From positions 1 through 48,189 of the forward strand of contig JBBSLT010000002.1 in assembly GCA_038233555.1 (NCBI GenBank): a stretch of DNA of 48,189 nt. Direction: 5' to 3'. The number at the start of each line of letters is the position of its first letter. Within the stretch, counting starts at the first letter, position 1. A model generated the notes under the pieces. That model had not been told where the DNA came from and did no database searches. It saw only the letters and a program-made list of their open reading frames with translations. The stretch is from Acidimicrobiales bacterium. GTDB taxonomy: Bacteria > Actinomycetota > Acidimicrobiia > Acidimicrobiales > CADCSY01. Both the position numbers and the translations under genes were made by a program. Shown piece by piece: positions 25,027-32,505 of the stretch.

Positions 25027-25917
25027 ATGGAGAGAAGGGGGTGGGGAGGAGCGTCGGTAGCGTGGTCGTCGATGGGTGAGACCGGGAGGATCGAGGCGCC
25101 GTTGGCCGGTCGCCGCATCGGTCTCACCGCCGACCGCAAGGCCACGGAGCAAGCCGAGCTGTTTCGCCGGCGGGGCGCCATGGTGCTCCACGGACCCACC
25201 ATGACCACCGTCGACCTGTCCGGCGAGGACGCGCTACGCCACGCCACCGTCACCCTCGTGGAGGACCCGCCTGACCACCTTGTGGTCACCACCGGCATGG
25301 GGCTGCGCCTGTGGTTGGAGGCGGCCGGCGGCTGGGGCCTGGAGGACACGCTGGTCAAAGCCTTGAGCACGACCACCATCGTCGCCCGGGGGGCCAAGGC
25401 GGCCTCGGCCGTGCGCCGGGCCGGTCTGGACGTCGCCTGGCGGGCACCTGGTGAGAACATGGCCGAGGTGGTGGCCCACCTGGCCGAGACGACGGATGGC
25501 GGGAGCCGGCCCCGGATTGCACTCCAGCTCTTCGATCCCGCCGATCACGCCTCCACCACGGCCCTGCGGGCCCTCGCCAGCGAGTTGGTGGAGGTGCCCG
25601 TCTACCGCTGGCGCCGCCCCGACGACCTGGGACCGGCTCAGGAGTTGGTGAGCGCCACCATCGCCGGCGAGCTCGATGCCGTGACCTTCACCAGCCAGCC
25701 GGCGGTACGCAACCTGGTGGGCATCGCCGCCGACCAAGGCCGGGCCGGTGCGCTCCTGGCTGTCCTCAACGCCGGCGTGGTAGCCGCCTGCGTCGGACCG
25801 GTGTGCGCCGAGGCGGCGAGGGAGGTAGGGATCAACGACCCGCTGTGGCCCGATCCTCCCCGCCTGCCGGCCATGGTCCGCCAGGTCACCGAGCACCTCG
25901 TGGCGGGGAGATCCTGA
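25027..25917 (+). CDS. uroporphyrinogen-III synthase family protein (HemD-like, stand-alone)
   Basis: HEM4-type pattern (LAGRRIGLT..., VTFTSQPAVRNL). Start uncertain (ATG 25027 or ATG 25072). Confidence 0.65.
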   Translation: MERRGWGGASVAWSSMGETGRIEAPLAGRRIGLTADRKATEQAELFRRRGAMVLHGPTMTTVDLSGEDALRHATVTLVEDPPDHLVVTTGMGLRLWLEAAGGWGLEDTLVKALSTTTIVARGAKAASAVRRAGLDVAWRAPGENMAEVVAHLAETTDGGSRPRIALQLFDPADHASTTALRALASELVEVPVYRWRRPDDLGPAQELVSATIAGELDAVTFTSQPAVRNLVGIAADQGRAGALLAVLNAGVVAACVGPVCAEAAREVGINDPLWPDPPRLPAMVRQVTEHLVAGRS

Positions 25918-25946
25918 GAAACCTGATCGGATTGGTCAACTATTGG

Positions 25947-25952
25947 TAGGCT
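25947..25952 (+). promoter_or_regulatory. candidate -10 box TAGGCT giving a leaderless sulfite reductase transcript
   Basis: TANNNT hexamer ends 6 nt before the GTG at 25959. No SD. Confidence 0.3.
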
Positions 25953-25958
25953 GAGGGC

Positions 25959-27749
25959 GTGGTACTTCCGACATCTCCCACGATCATCCCCGTCGATCCC
26001 GCCGCCGAGGCCGACATCGCCAAGTTCGAGCAGATGCTGGCGTCGTATCTGGCCGGTGACTTCGATGAGGACCGCTTCCGGATCTTTCGCCTGAACAACG
26101 GCATCTACGGCCAGCGCCAGGGCGGACACAACCAGATGGTGCGGATCAAGGTGCCCTACGGGTCGCTGCAGCCCGAGCAGCTCGACATGATGGCCTACGT
26201 CGCCGAGGAGTACTCCCGGGGCTGGGGCCACATCACCACCCGCCAGAACGTGCAGTTCCACTTCGTCGACTTGGAGCGGGTCCCTACCCTGCTTCGAGAG
26301 CTGGCCAGCGTGGGACTGACCACCCGGGAGGCGTGCGGCGACACCGTGCGCAACGTGGTCGGGTGTCACCTGGCCGGGGCCTGCCCCTACGAGGTGCTCG
26401 ACATCAGCCCGTGGGCCGAGGCCGCCTACCGCCACTTCCTGCGCCACCCCTACGCCCAGCGCATGCCCCGGAAGTTCAAGATCAACTTCTCCGGCTGCGC
26501 CACCGACTGCGGGCAGGCCATGTTCAACGACATCGGTGCGGTGGCCGTGAGCCGCGCCCGGCCCGACGGCAGCGTCGAGCCGGGCTTCCGGGTCTTCATC
26601 GCCGGTGGGCTCGGGGCCAACCCCCACGCCGCCCAAGCCCTGGAGGAGTTCACCTCCAGGGAAGACCTGCTCGCCACCCTCGAAGCCGTCCTGCGCACCT
26701 TCGACCACTACGGCAACCGCGACAACAAGCTGCGGGCCCGGATGAAGTGGCTCCTCGACACCATGGGGATCGACGAGCTGCGCGAGCGGATCAAGAAGGA
26801 GCGCAGCCTCCTCCACGCCTCGTCCTCCTGGCCCGGGGGCATCCCCGACCAGGTGGTCACCGCTGGGGACGAGCCCGCTGGGGTCTCAGGCGCCATCAGC
26901 CCCACCCCGGTGGGCTGGGGCACCAACGTGACGTTGCGCCGGCGCGATCGCTACGGGCGCTGGGACGACGCCAACGTGGTGCGGGGCACAGCCAAGGGCA
27001 CGGTGTCGGCCATGGCCTACGCCCGCCTCGGCGACATCACCGCCGCCCAGTTCCGGGCCCTGGCCTCCATCCAGCGGGAGCTGGGTGCCGACGTCCGGGT
27101 CACCAACCGCCAGAACCTGGTGTTCCGCGACCTCACCGAGGAGCAGTTGCCCGTCCTGCACGCTCGCCTGGAGGTCCTCGCCATGGCCGAGCCCGGGGCC
27201 GAGCTGGCCCGAGACGTCGTGAGCTGCCCCGGAGCCGACACCTGCAACCTGGCCGTCACCCAGTCGAGAGGCCTGGCCGATGAGATCGGCCGGGCGTTGG
27301 AGGAGGCCGGCTTGGCCGATCTGGGCGGGGTCCGCATCAACATCTCCGGGTGCACCAATTCCTGTGGTCAGCACCACGTGGCCGACATCGGCTTCGTGGG
27401 CGTGGAGCGCCGGGCCTATGGCCGCTCGGCCCCCGGCTACCAGATGCTCCTCGGCGGCTACCTCGGTCAGACCGAGGTGGAGTTCGGTCGCAAGGCTCGA
27501 CGGCTGCCGGCCAAAGCCGCGGGGGCGGCCACCGTGCGGGTGGTGGGCCGCTTTGCCGCTGAACGGGGTCCGGGGGAGACCTTTGCTCACTGGCTGGAGC
27601 GATCCGGCGGGGCCGGGGAGATCGGTGCCAGCCTGGCCGACCTCGACGTATTCCCCACGCCCGAGGAGGATCCCAGCTTCTTCGTCGACTTCGACGAGAC
27701 CGGCCCCTATGTCAGCGAGGTCGGCGCCGGCGAGTGCATGGGCTCATGA
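25959..27749 (+). CDS. sirA: ferredoxin-dependent sulfite (nitrite/sulfite) reductase, siroheme/4Fe-4S
   Basis: Two NIR_SIR repeats. Cluster/siroheme Cys motifs SCPGADTCNLA and GCTNSCGQHH. Adjacent to cysH. Confidence 0.85.
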   Translation: MVLPTSPTIIPVDPAAEADIAKFEQMLASYLAGDFDEDRFRIFRLNNGIYGQRQGGHNQMVRIKVPYGSLQPEQLDMMAYVAEEYSRGWGHITTRQNVQFHFVDLERVPTLLRELASVGLTTREACGDTVRNVVGCHLAGACPYEVLDISPWAEAAYRHFLRHPYAQRMPRKFKINFSGCATDCGQAMFNDIGAVAVSRARPDGSVEPGFRVFIAGGLGANPHAAQALEEFTSREDLLATLEAVLRTFDHYGNRDNKLRARMKWLLDTMGIDELRERIKKERSLLHASSSWPGGIPDQVVTAGDEPAGVSGAISPTPVGWGTNVTLRRRDRYGRWDDANVVRGTAKGTVSAMAYARLGDITAAQFRALASIQRELGADVRVTNRQNLVFRDLTEEQLPVLHARLEVLAMAEPGAELARDVVSCPGADTCNLAVTQSRGLADEIGRALEEAGLADLGGVRINISGCTNSCGQHHVADIGFVGVERRAYGRSAPGYQMLLGGYLGQTEVEFGRKARRLPAKAAGAATVRVVGRFAAERGPGETFAHWLERSGGAGEIGASLADLDVFPTPEEDPSFFVDFDETGPYVSEVGAGECMGS

Positions 27750-28450
27750 CCGACACGATCGTCAACCTGCGCACCGCCGCCGTCGAGCGGCCCCGTTCCT
27801 TCAGCGTCAGCGAGCTGGCAGCGGTCAGTGATGGTTTGGAGGCGGCCACCGCCAGCGAGGTGGTGGCGTGGGCGGTGGAGCACTTCCATCCCGCCCTCAG
27901 CCTCACCTCGTCGATGACCGATGCCGTGCTCATCGACTTGGCCGTACGGGTGGAGCCCTCAATCGAGGTGGTCTTCATCGACACCGGTTATCACTTCCCC
28001 GAGACCCTGCAGACCTTGGAGCGGGTGCGGCGCCACTACGGGCTGAACCTGCGGGTCATGACCGTGGCCCACCATGACGACGAGCTGTGGAAGGTCGATC
28101 CCGAGAACTGCTGCTCGGCGGTCAAGGTCGGTCAGCTCGACCGGGCCTTGGCCGGCAAGGCGGCGTGGATGAGCGGGCTCCGTCGCTCTGAGTCTGCCAG
28201 TCGCGCCGCCGCTCCGATCGTCGGCCACGATGTGCGGGGTCTGGTAAAGGTCAATCCGATCGCCACCTGGTCCGACGACGACGTCGATCGCTACGTCGCC
28301 GCCCACGACGTGCCCGTCAACCCGCTGCTGCGTCAGGGCTATCACTCGATCGGCTGCGCTCCCTGCACGGCGCCGGCCGTGGACGGCGCCGGGTCCCGGT
28401 CCGGCCGCTGGAGTGACAGCGATAAGACCGAGTGCGGGCTCCACCTCTAA
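27746..28450 (+). CDS. cysH: adenylyl-sulfate (APS)/PAPS reductase, thioredoxin-dependent, Fe-S type
   Basis: PP-loop-like FIDTGYHFPET, Cys pairs NCCSAVK and SIGCAPCT, C-terminal KTECGLH. ATG 27746 overlaps the sirA stop (ATGA); GTG 27734 is the alternative. Confidence 0.85.
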   Translation: MTDTIVNLRTAAVERPRSFSVSELAAVSDGLEAATASEVVAWAVEHFHPALSLTSSMTDAVLIDLAVRVEPSIEVVFIDTGYHFPETLQTLERVRRHYGLNLRVMTVAHHDDELWKVDPENCCSAVKVGQLDRALAGKAAWMSGLRRSESASRAAAPIVGHDVRGLVKVNPIATWSDDDVDRYVAAHDVPVNPLLRQGYHSIGCAPCTAPAVDGAGSRSGRWSDSDKTECGLHL

Positions 28451-28453
28451 TCG

Positions 28454-28551
28454 CCCTCACTCGCTTCGCTCCGTTCGGGCGAGCTGGGTCGTGCTCCGAC
28501 CGACGGGCAAAGCCCGCCGGTCTCCGCCCTGAACACTTCCTGGTCATCCAG
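28454..28551 (+). repeat. stop-codon-proximal multi-hairpin element, copy B
   Basis: Starts 4 nt after the cysH TAA. 37 of 46 hand-aligned core positions are identical to copy A (reverse complement of 23595-23640). The CACTTCCTGG box is shared with copy C. Confidence 0.7.
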
Positions 28552-28595
28552 AGGGGCGCCTTCGACGTTTCTGTGGCCGGTGGCCACCTCTAGCC

Positions 28596-29270
28596 GTGGC
28601 TGGTTTTCGGTACCCAATTTCGCTTGAGCTCTCTGGGCGGCGGTGTGTTGTGGTTGGGGGTGGGGTGGTGGCTGAGCACAAGGCTCGGTCGCTCGTCGAG
28701 GGGGGGGCCGATGTGGTGGTGGTGGCCGAGGCTGTCAATTCCGGGCTTGAGGAGCTTGCTCGGGACGGGAACGTTTCGGTTGTGGGTCGGGATTATGTGG
28801 CCGGGGATCTAGCGGGGGCGTTTCTGGCGATCGCTGCTACCGATGATGCTGTGGTCAACGCTGCGGTCTACGAGGAGGGGGAGCGAGGACGGGTGCTGGT
28901 CAACAGCGTTGATGATGTCGAGCACTGCCACTTCGCCGTGCCCTCCGTCGTCCGTCGGGGTGAGCTGACCGTCACCATCGCCACCGGGGGCAAAGCCCCG
29001 GCGCTGGCCAAGAAGCTGCGCCGGACGCTCTCGGAGCAGTTCGGGCCCGAGTACGCCGGCGTGGTCGAGTTGGTCGGTCAGGTCCGTCGGGAGGCTCAAG
29101 GCGAGCGCCGTCAGGTCGACTTCGACACCTGGGCCGCCCGCTGGGAACAGGCCCTCGACGACGAGGTGGTGGACCTGGTCCGCACCGGTCGCAGCGAGGA
29201 GGCGCGCGCCCGGCTCCTCGCTGCCCTGGCCAGTCCTCGTGACTTTGTGAACAAAGACACGTCGCCCTAG
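28596..29270 (+). CDS. precorrin-2 dehydrogenase / sirohydrochlorin ferrochelatase (SirC/Met8/CysG-N type)
   Basis: Rossmann motif VVVGGGVVAEHK, ATDD and ATGGKAPALAKKLR motifs typical of the siroheme synthase N-terminal domain. Confidence 0.8.
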   Translation: MAGFRYPISLELSGRRCVVVGGGVVAEHKARSLVEGGADVVVVAEAVNSGLEELARDGNVSVVGRDYVAGDLAGAFLAIAATDDAVVNAAVYEEGERGRVLVNSVDDVEHCHFAVPSVVRRGELTVTIATGGKAPALAKKLRRTLSEQFGPEYAGVVELVGQVRREAQGERRQVDFDTWAARWEQALDDEVVDLVRTGRSEEARARLLAALASPRDFVNKDTSP

Positions 29271-29271
29271 G

Positions 29272-29982
29272 GTGAAAAGCGTGCCGGCCCACCCTTCCCG
29301 CCGCCGCATACCCGAGGCCACGGTCGCTCGGCTGCCGGTCTACCTGCGCAGCCTGCTCGAGCTGGCCGGGATGGCCACGGTCACCATCTCCTCCGAGCGC
29401 CTGGCCGAGATGGCCGGCGTGAACGCGGCCAAGGTGCGCAAGGACCTCTCCTACCTTGGTTCCTACGGCACTCGAGGAGTGGGCTACGACGTCGAGTTTC
29501 TGCTGTTCCAGATGAGCCGGGAGTTGGGCCTGACCCAGGACTGGCCCGTGATCATCGTCGGCGTGGGGAACCTCGGCCACGCCTTGGCCAACTACGCCGG
29601 CTTCTCCGAACGGGGCTTTCCCATCGGCGCACTAGTCGACGCCGACCCGTCCAAGGTCGGCGAGCGGGTGGGCGATCTGGTGATCCGCAGCATCGATGAT
29701 CTCGATGCCATCGTCGCTGAGCTCGGTGCAGCCATCGGTGTGGTCGCCACCCCCGCTCCCTTCGCCCAGGGAGTCGCCGACCGCCTGGTGGCCGCAGGAG
29801 TCCGCTCCATCTTGAACTTCGCCCCCGTGGTGGTGAACGTGCCCGCTGGTGTCTCACTGCGCAAGGTCGACCTCGCCATCGAGCTGCAGATCCTCAGCTT
29901 CTACCAGCTGCGTCGGGACCAGGTGCTGGGTTCCGTGCCTCCGCCGGCTGTCGCTGTCGCTGTCGCCGACGCCTCTGCATGA
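29272..29982 (+). CDS. rex: redox-sensing transcriptional repressor Rex
   Basis: RLPVYLRSL winged helix and Rossmann IIVGVGNLGHALANY. Followed by hemA-hemC-cobA/hemD, as in Streptomyces rex-hemACD. Confidence 0.9.
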   Translation: MKSVPAHPSRRRIPEATVARLPVYLRSLLELAGMATVTISSERLAEMAGVNAAKVRKDLSYLGSYGTRGVGYDVEFLLFQMSRELGLTQDWPVIIVGVGNLGHALANYAGFSERGFPIGALVDADPSKVGERVGDLVIRSIDDLDAIVAELGAAIGVVATPAPFAQGVADRLVAAGVRSILNFAPVVVNVPAGVSLRKVDLAIELQILSFYQLRRDQVLGSVPPPAVAVAVADASA

Positions 29983-30090
29983 TGGGCCAGCCCTACTCCC
30001 GAGTTGGTCTTGGGCCGTGAGCTGGGAAAGACTGGAACGGGTCAAGGTGGGCCGATCGGGTCCTGAGGCTGGAAGGGAGGCTCGGATCGC

Positions 30091-31353
30091 ATGTCGGTGA
30101 TCGTCGTTGGCCTCAACCACCGCAGCGTGCCCCTCGAGGTCCTCGAGCGCATGACGGTGCCTCGCCAAGACATGCCCAAGGCTCTGGCCGACCTCGTCAG
30201 CCGCGACGATCTGACCGAGGCGGTGGTGCTGTCCACCTGCAACCGCACGGAGGTCTACGCCCACGCCGAGCGCTTCCACGGCGCCGTGGGCGCCATTCGC
30301 GACTTCCTGGCCGAGCTGAGCTCCCTGGCCCCGGAGGACTTCGCCGATCACCTCTACCAATTCCACGATGCCGGCGCCGTGGCCCACCTGTTCACCGTGG
30401 CCGCCGGTGTCGATTCCGCCGTCGTGGGCGAGACCGAGATCCTCGGCCAGGTCAAGGGTGCATGGGAGGCTGCCACCGCCGAGGGGACGGCCGGGCCGGC
30501 GCTGAACATGCTCTTTCGCCATGCGCTGGAGGCGGGCAAGCGGGTGCGCACGGAGACCACCATCTCCCGCCACATCACCTCGCTGTCCCAGGCCGCCGTG
30601 GCCCTCGCCGCCCAGCGTCTCGGCTCCCTCGGTGGACGCCGCGTCCTGGTGCTCGGTGCCGGTGAGACTGGCGAGGGCATGGTCGCTTCCCTGGTCCAGG
30701 CCGGGGTGGCCGATGTCCTGGTGGCCAACCGGACCTGGGAGCGGGCCGAGGCCCTAGCCCTGCGGGTGGGAGGCCGGGCTCTGCACCTGGCCGACGTCCC
30801 CGCTGCTTTGGCCGACGTCGACGTGTTGTTGACCTCCACCGGCGCATCGTCGGTCCTCGTCGACCACGGGGAGCTCGAGGGGGTGGTGGCCGCCCGAGGC
30901 GGCCGTCCGTTGCTCATCGTCGACGTGGCCGTGCCTCGCGACGTCGATCCGGGGGCTGCTGACCTGGCCGGGGTGACCCTGCTCGACATGGACGACCTGC
31001 GGGCCTTCGCCGATCAGGGGATGGCCGAGCGTCGCCGGGAGGTGGGCCGAGCCCGCAACCTGGTCGACGACGAGGTGTGCCGCTACCGGGAGGCGGCCAC
31101 CGCTCGTCTGGTGGCGCCGTTGGTGACCTCCCTGCGCCGGCGGGTCGACGAGCTGAGCGCGGCGGAGCTGTGCCGGGTGGGACGGGGCCTCGAGCCAGGC
31201 CAGCGCGTCGCCGTCGAGGCGGCCCTGCGGGCCGTGGTGGCCAAGGTGCTCCACGAGCCGACAGTTCGTCTGAAGGAGGCCAGCGGCACCCCCCGAGGCG
31301 AGCGCCTGTCCGAGGCGCTGCGCGATCTGTTCGACCTCGGCGACGAGCCCTAG
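30091..31353 (+). CDS. hemA: glutamyl-tRNA reductase
   Basis: VVGLNHRSVPLEVLE, catalytic Cys motif LSTCNRTEVY and NADPH motif VLGAGETGE. Confidence 0.9.
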   Translation: MSVIVVGLNHRSVPLEVLERMTVPRQDMPKALADLVSRDDLTEAVVLSTCNRTEVYAHAERFHGAVGAIRDFLAELSSLAPEDFADHLYQFHDAGAVAHLFTVAAGVDSAVVGETEILGQVKGAWEAATAEGTAGPALNMLFRHALEAGKRVRTETTISRHITSLSQAAVALAAQRLGSLGGRRVLVLGAGETGEGMVASLVQAGVADVLVANRTWERAEALALRVGGRALHLADVPAALADVDVLLTSTGASSVLVDHGELEGVVAARGGRPLLIVDVAVPRDVDPGAADLAGVTLLDMDDLRAFADQGMAERRREVGRARNLVDDEVCRYREAATARLVAPLVTSLRRRVDELSAAELCRVGRGLEPGQRVAVEAALRAVVAKVLHEPTVRLKEASGTPRGERLSEALRDLFDLGDEP

Positions 31354-31388
31354 GGCCGGCCCGCCCCCCTCCCACTGCTCCTCCACAG

Positions 31389-31436
31389 TTCTGACCCCAC
31401 CAGCGGTTGTGATCGCCACCGCTTGTGGGTTCAGAA
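31389..31436 (+). other. 19-bp imperfect hairpin in the hemA-hemC spacer
   Basis: TTCTGACCCCACCAGCGGT-N10-ACCGCTTGTGGGTTCAGAA (2 mismatches). Ends 27 nt before the hemC ATG. Confidence 0.5.
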
Positions 31437-31463
31437 GGGCCGGGGCGAGATGACGGTGACCCG

Positions 31464-32408
31464 ATGAGCCACGAGCGCCGGCTGCGCATCGCCACCCGGG
31501 GGAGTGCGCTGGCTCGCTGGCAGGCTGAGCATGTCGCCGGCCTCTTGCGGGCCGCCACCTCCGGGCTGGCCGTTGAGCTGGTGATCGTCGACACCCTTGG
31601 CGACCGGGCCCTCGACCGGCCGATCTGGGAGCTCGGTGGCCAAGGGGTGTTCGTCAAGGAGGTGCAGGCGGCGGTGCTCGACGGCCGGGCCGACCTCGCT
31701 GTCCACTCGGCCAAGGATCTTCCGTCGGCCGTCGCCCTGGCTACGCCCGGCCTGGTGATCGGTGCCGTTCCCAAACGAGGCGACCCTCGCGACGCCCTGG
31801 CCGGCTGCCGCCTCGCCGCCATCCCCCCTGGCGGCGTGGTGGCCACCGGGTCGACCCGGCGCCGGGCCCAGCTCGCCGATCTGCGTCCCGACCTCACCTT
31901 CACCGGATTGCGGGGCAATATCGACACCCGTCTGGCCCGGGTCGGCGAGGTCAGCGCCGTGGTGGTGGCCGTTGCCGCTCTGGCCCGCCTGGGCCGCCGA
32001 GCGGAGGCGGCCGAGGTCTTCGAGCCGCTGTCCATGGTGCCCCAGGTGGGCCAGGGAGCTATGGCCGTTGAGTGCCGGGAGGGCGACGACGCCGCCCTTG
32101 CCCTGCTGTGCGGCATCGAGCACGGTCCCAGCCGCCGAGCGGTCGATGCCGAGCGGGCGTTCCTGGCCTGCCTCGGTGGCGGCTGCGAGCTGCCCGTGGG
32201 GGCCTATGCCGTCGAGGACGAGGACGCCACCTTGAGGATGCGGGCGGTGCTGGCCACCCTCGACGGGCGAATGGTGCTGCGCGACGAGGTGGTGGCGGCT
32301 GTGGGCGCCGACGGGGTCGAGGTGGGCTCAGCCCTAGGGCGCCGCCTCCTTGACAACGGTGGCGGTCGCTCGGTGCTGTCCGACGCCGGCGCCCTCACCC
32401 TGGCCTAG
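31464..32408 (+). CDS. hemC: hydroxymethylbilane synthase (porphobilinogen deaminase)
   Basis: LRIATRGSALARWQAEHV, VHSAKDLP, and the cofactor Cys region GGGCELPVGA. Start set at ATG 31464. Confidence 0.9.
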   Translation: MSHERRLRIATRGSALARWQAEHVAGLLRAATSGLAVELVIVDTLGDRALDRPIWELGGQGVFVKEVQAAVLDGRADLAVHSAKDLPSAVALATPGLVIGAVPKRGDPRDALAGCRLAAIPPGGVVATGSTRRRAQLADLRPDLTFTGLRGNIDTRLARVGEVSAVVVAVAALARLGRRAEAAEVFEPLSMVPQVGQGAMAVECREGDDAALALLCGIEHGPSRRAVDAERAFLACLGGGCELPVGAYAVEDEDATLRMRAVLATLDGRMVLRDEVVAAVGADGVEVGSALGRRLLDNGGGRSVLSDAGALTLA

Positions 32409-32505
32409 TGTCCGGTGGCATCGTGGGTGACCCGGGCAAGGTTTGTGGTCACTTGCGTACCATAGAGGTCCAGATCTGCCCACAAAGCCGGGTACGGAAG
32501 GAACC

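Noticed and set aside
30914-32116. 400-aa minus-strand ORF over hemA/hemC (with similar cases at 25638-26816, 13057-14448, 10679-12007 and 45494-46600)
   Set aside because: All are alternative-frame or antisense ORFs of well-supported genes. Composition is dominated by Arg, Pro, Gly and Ala.
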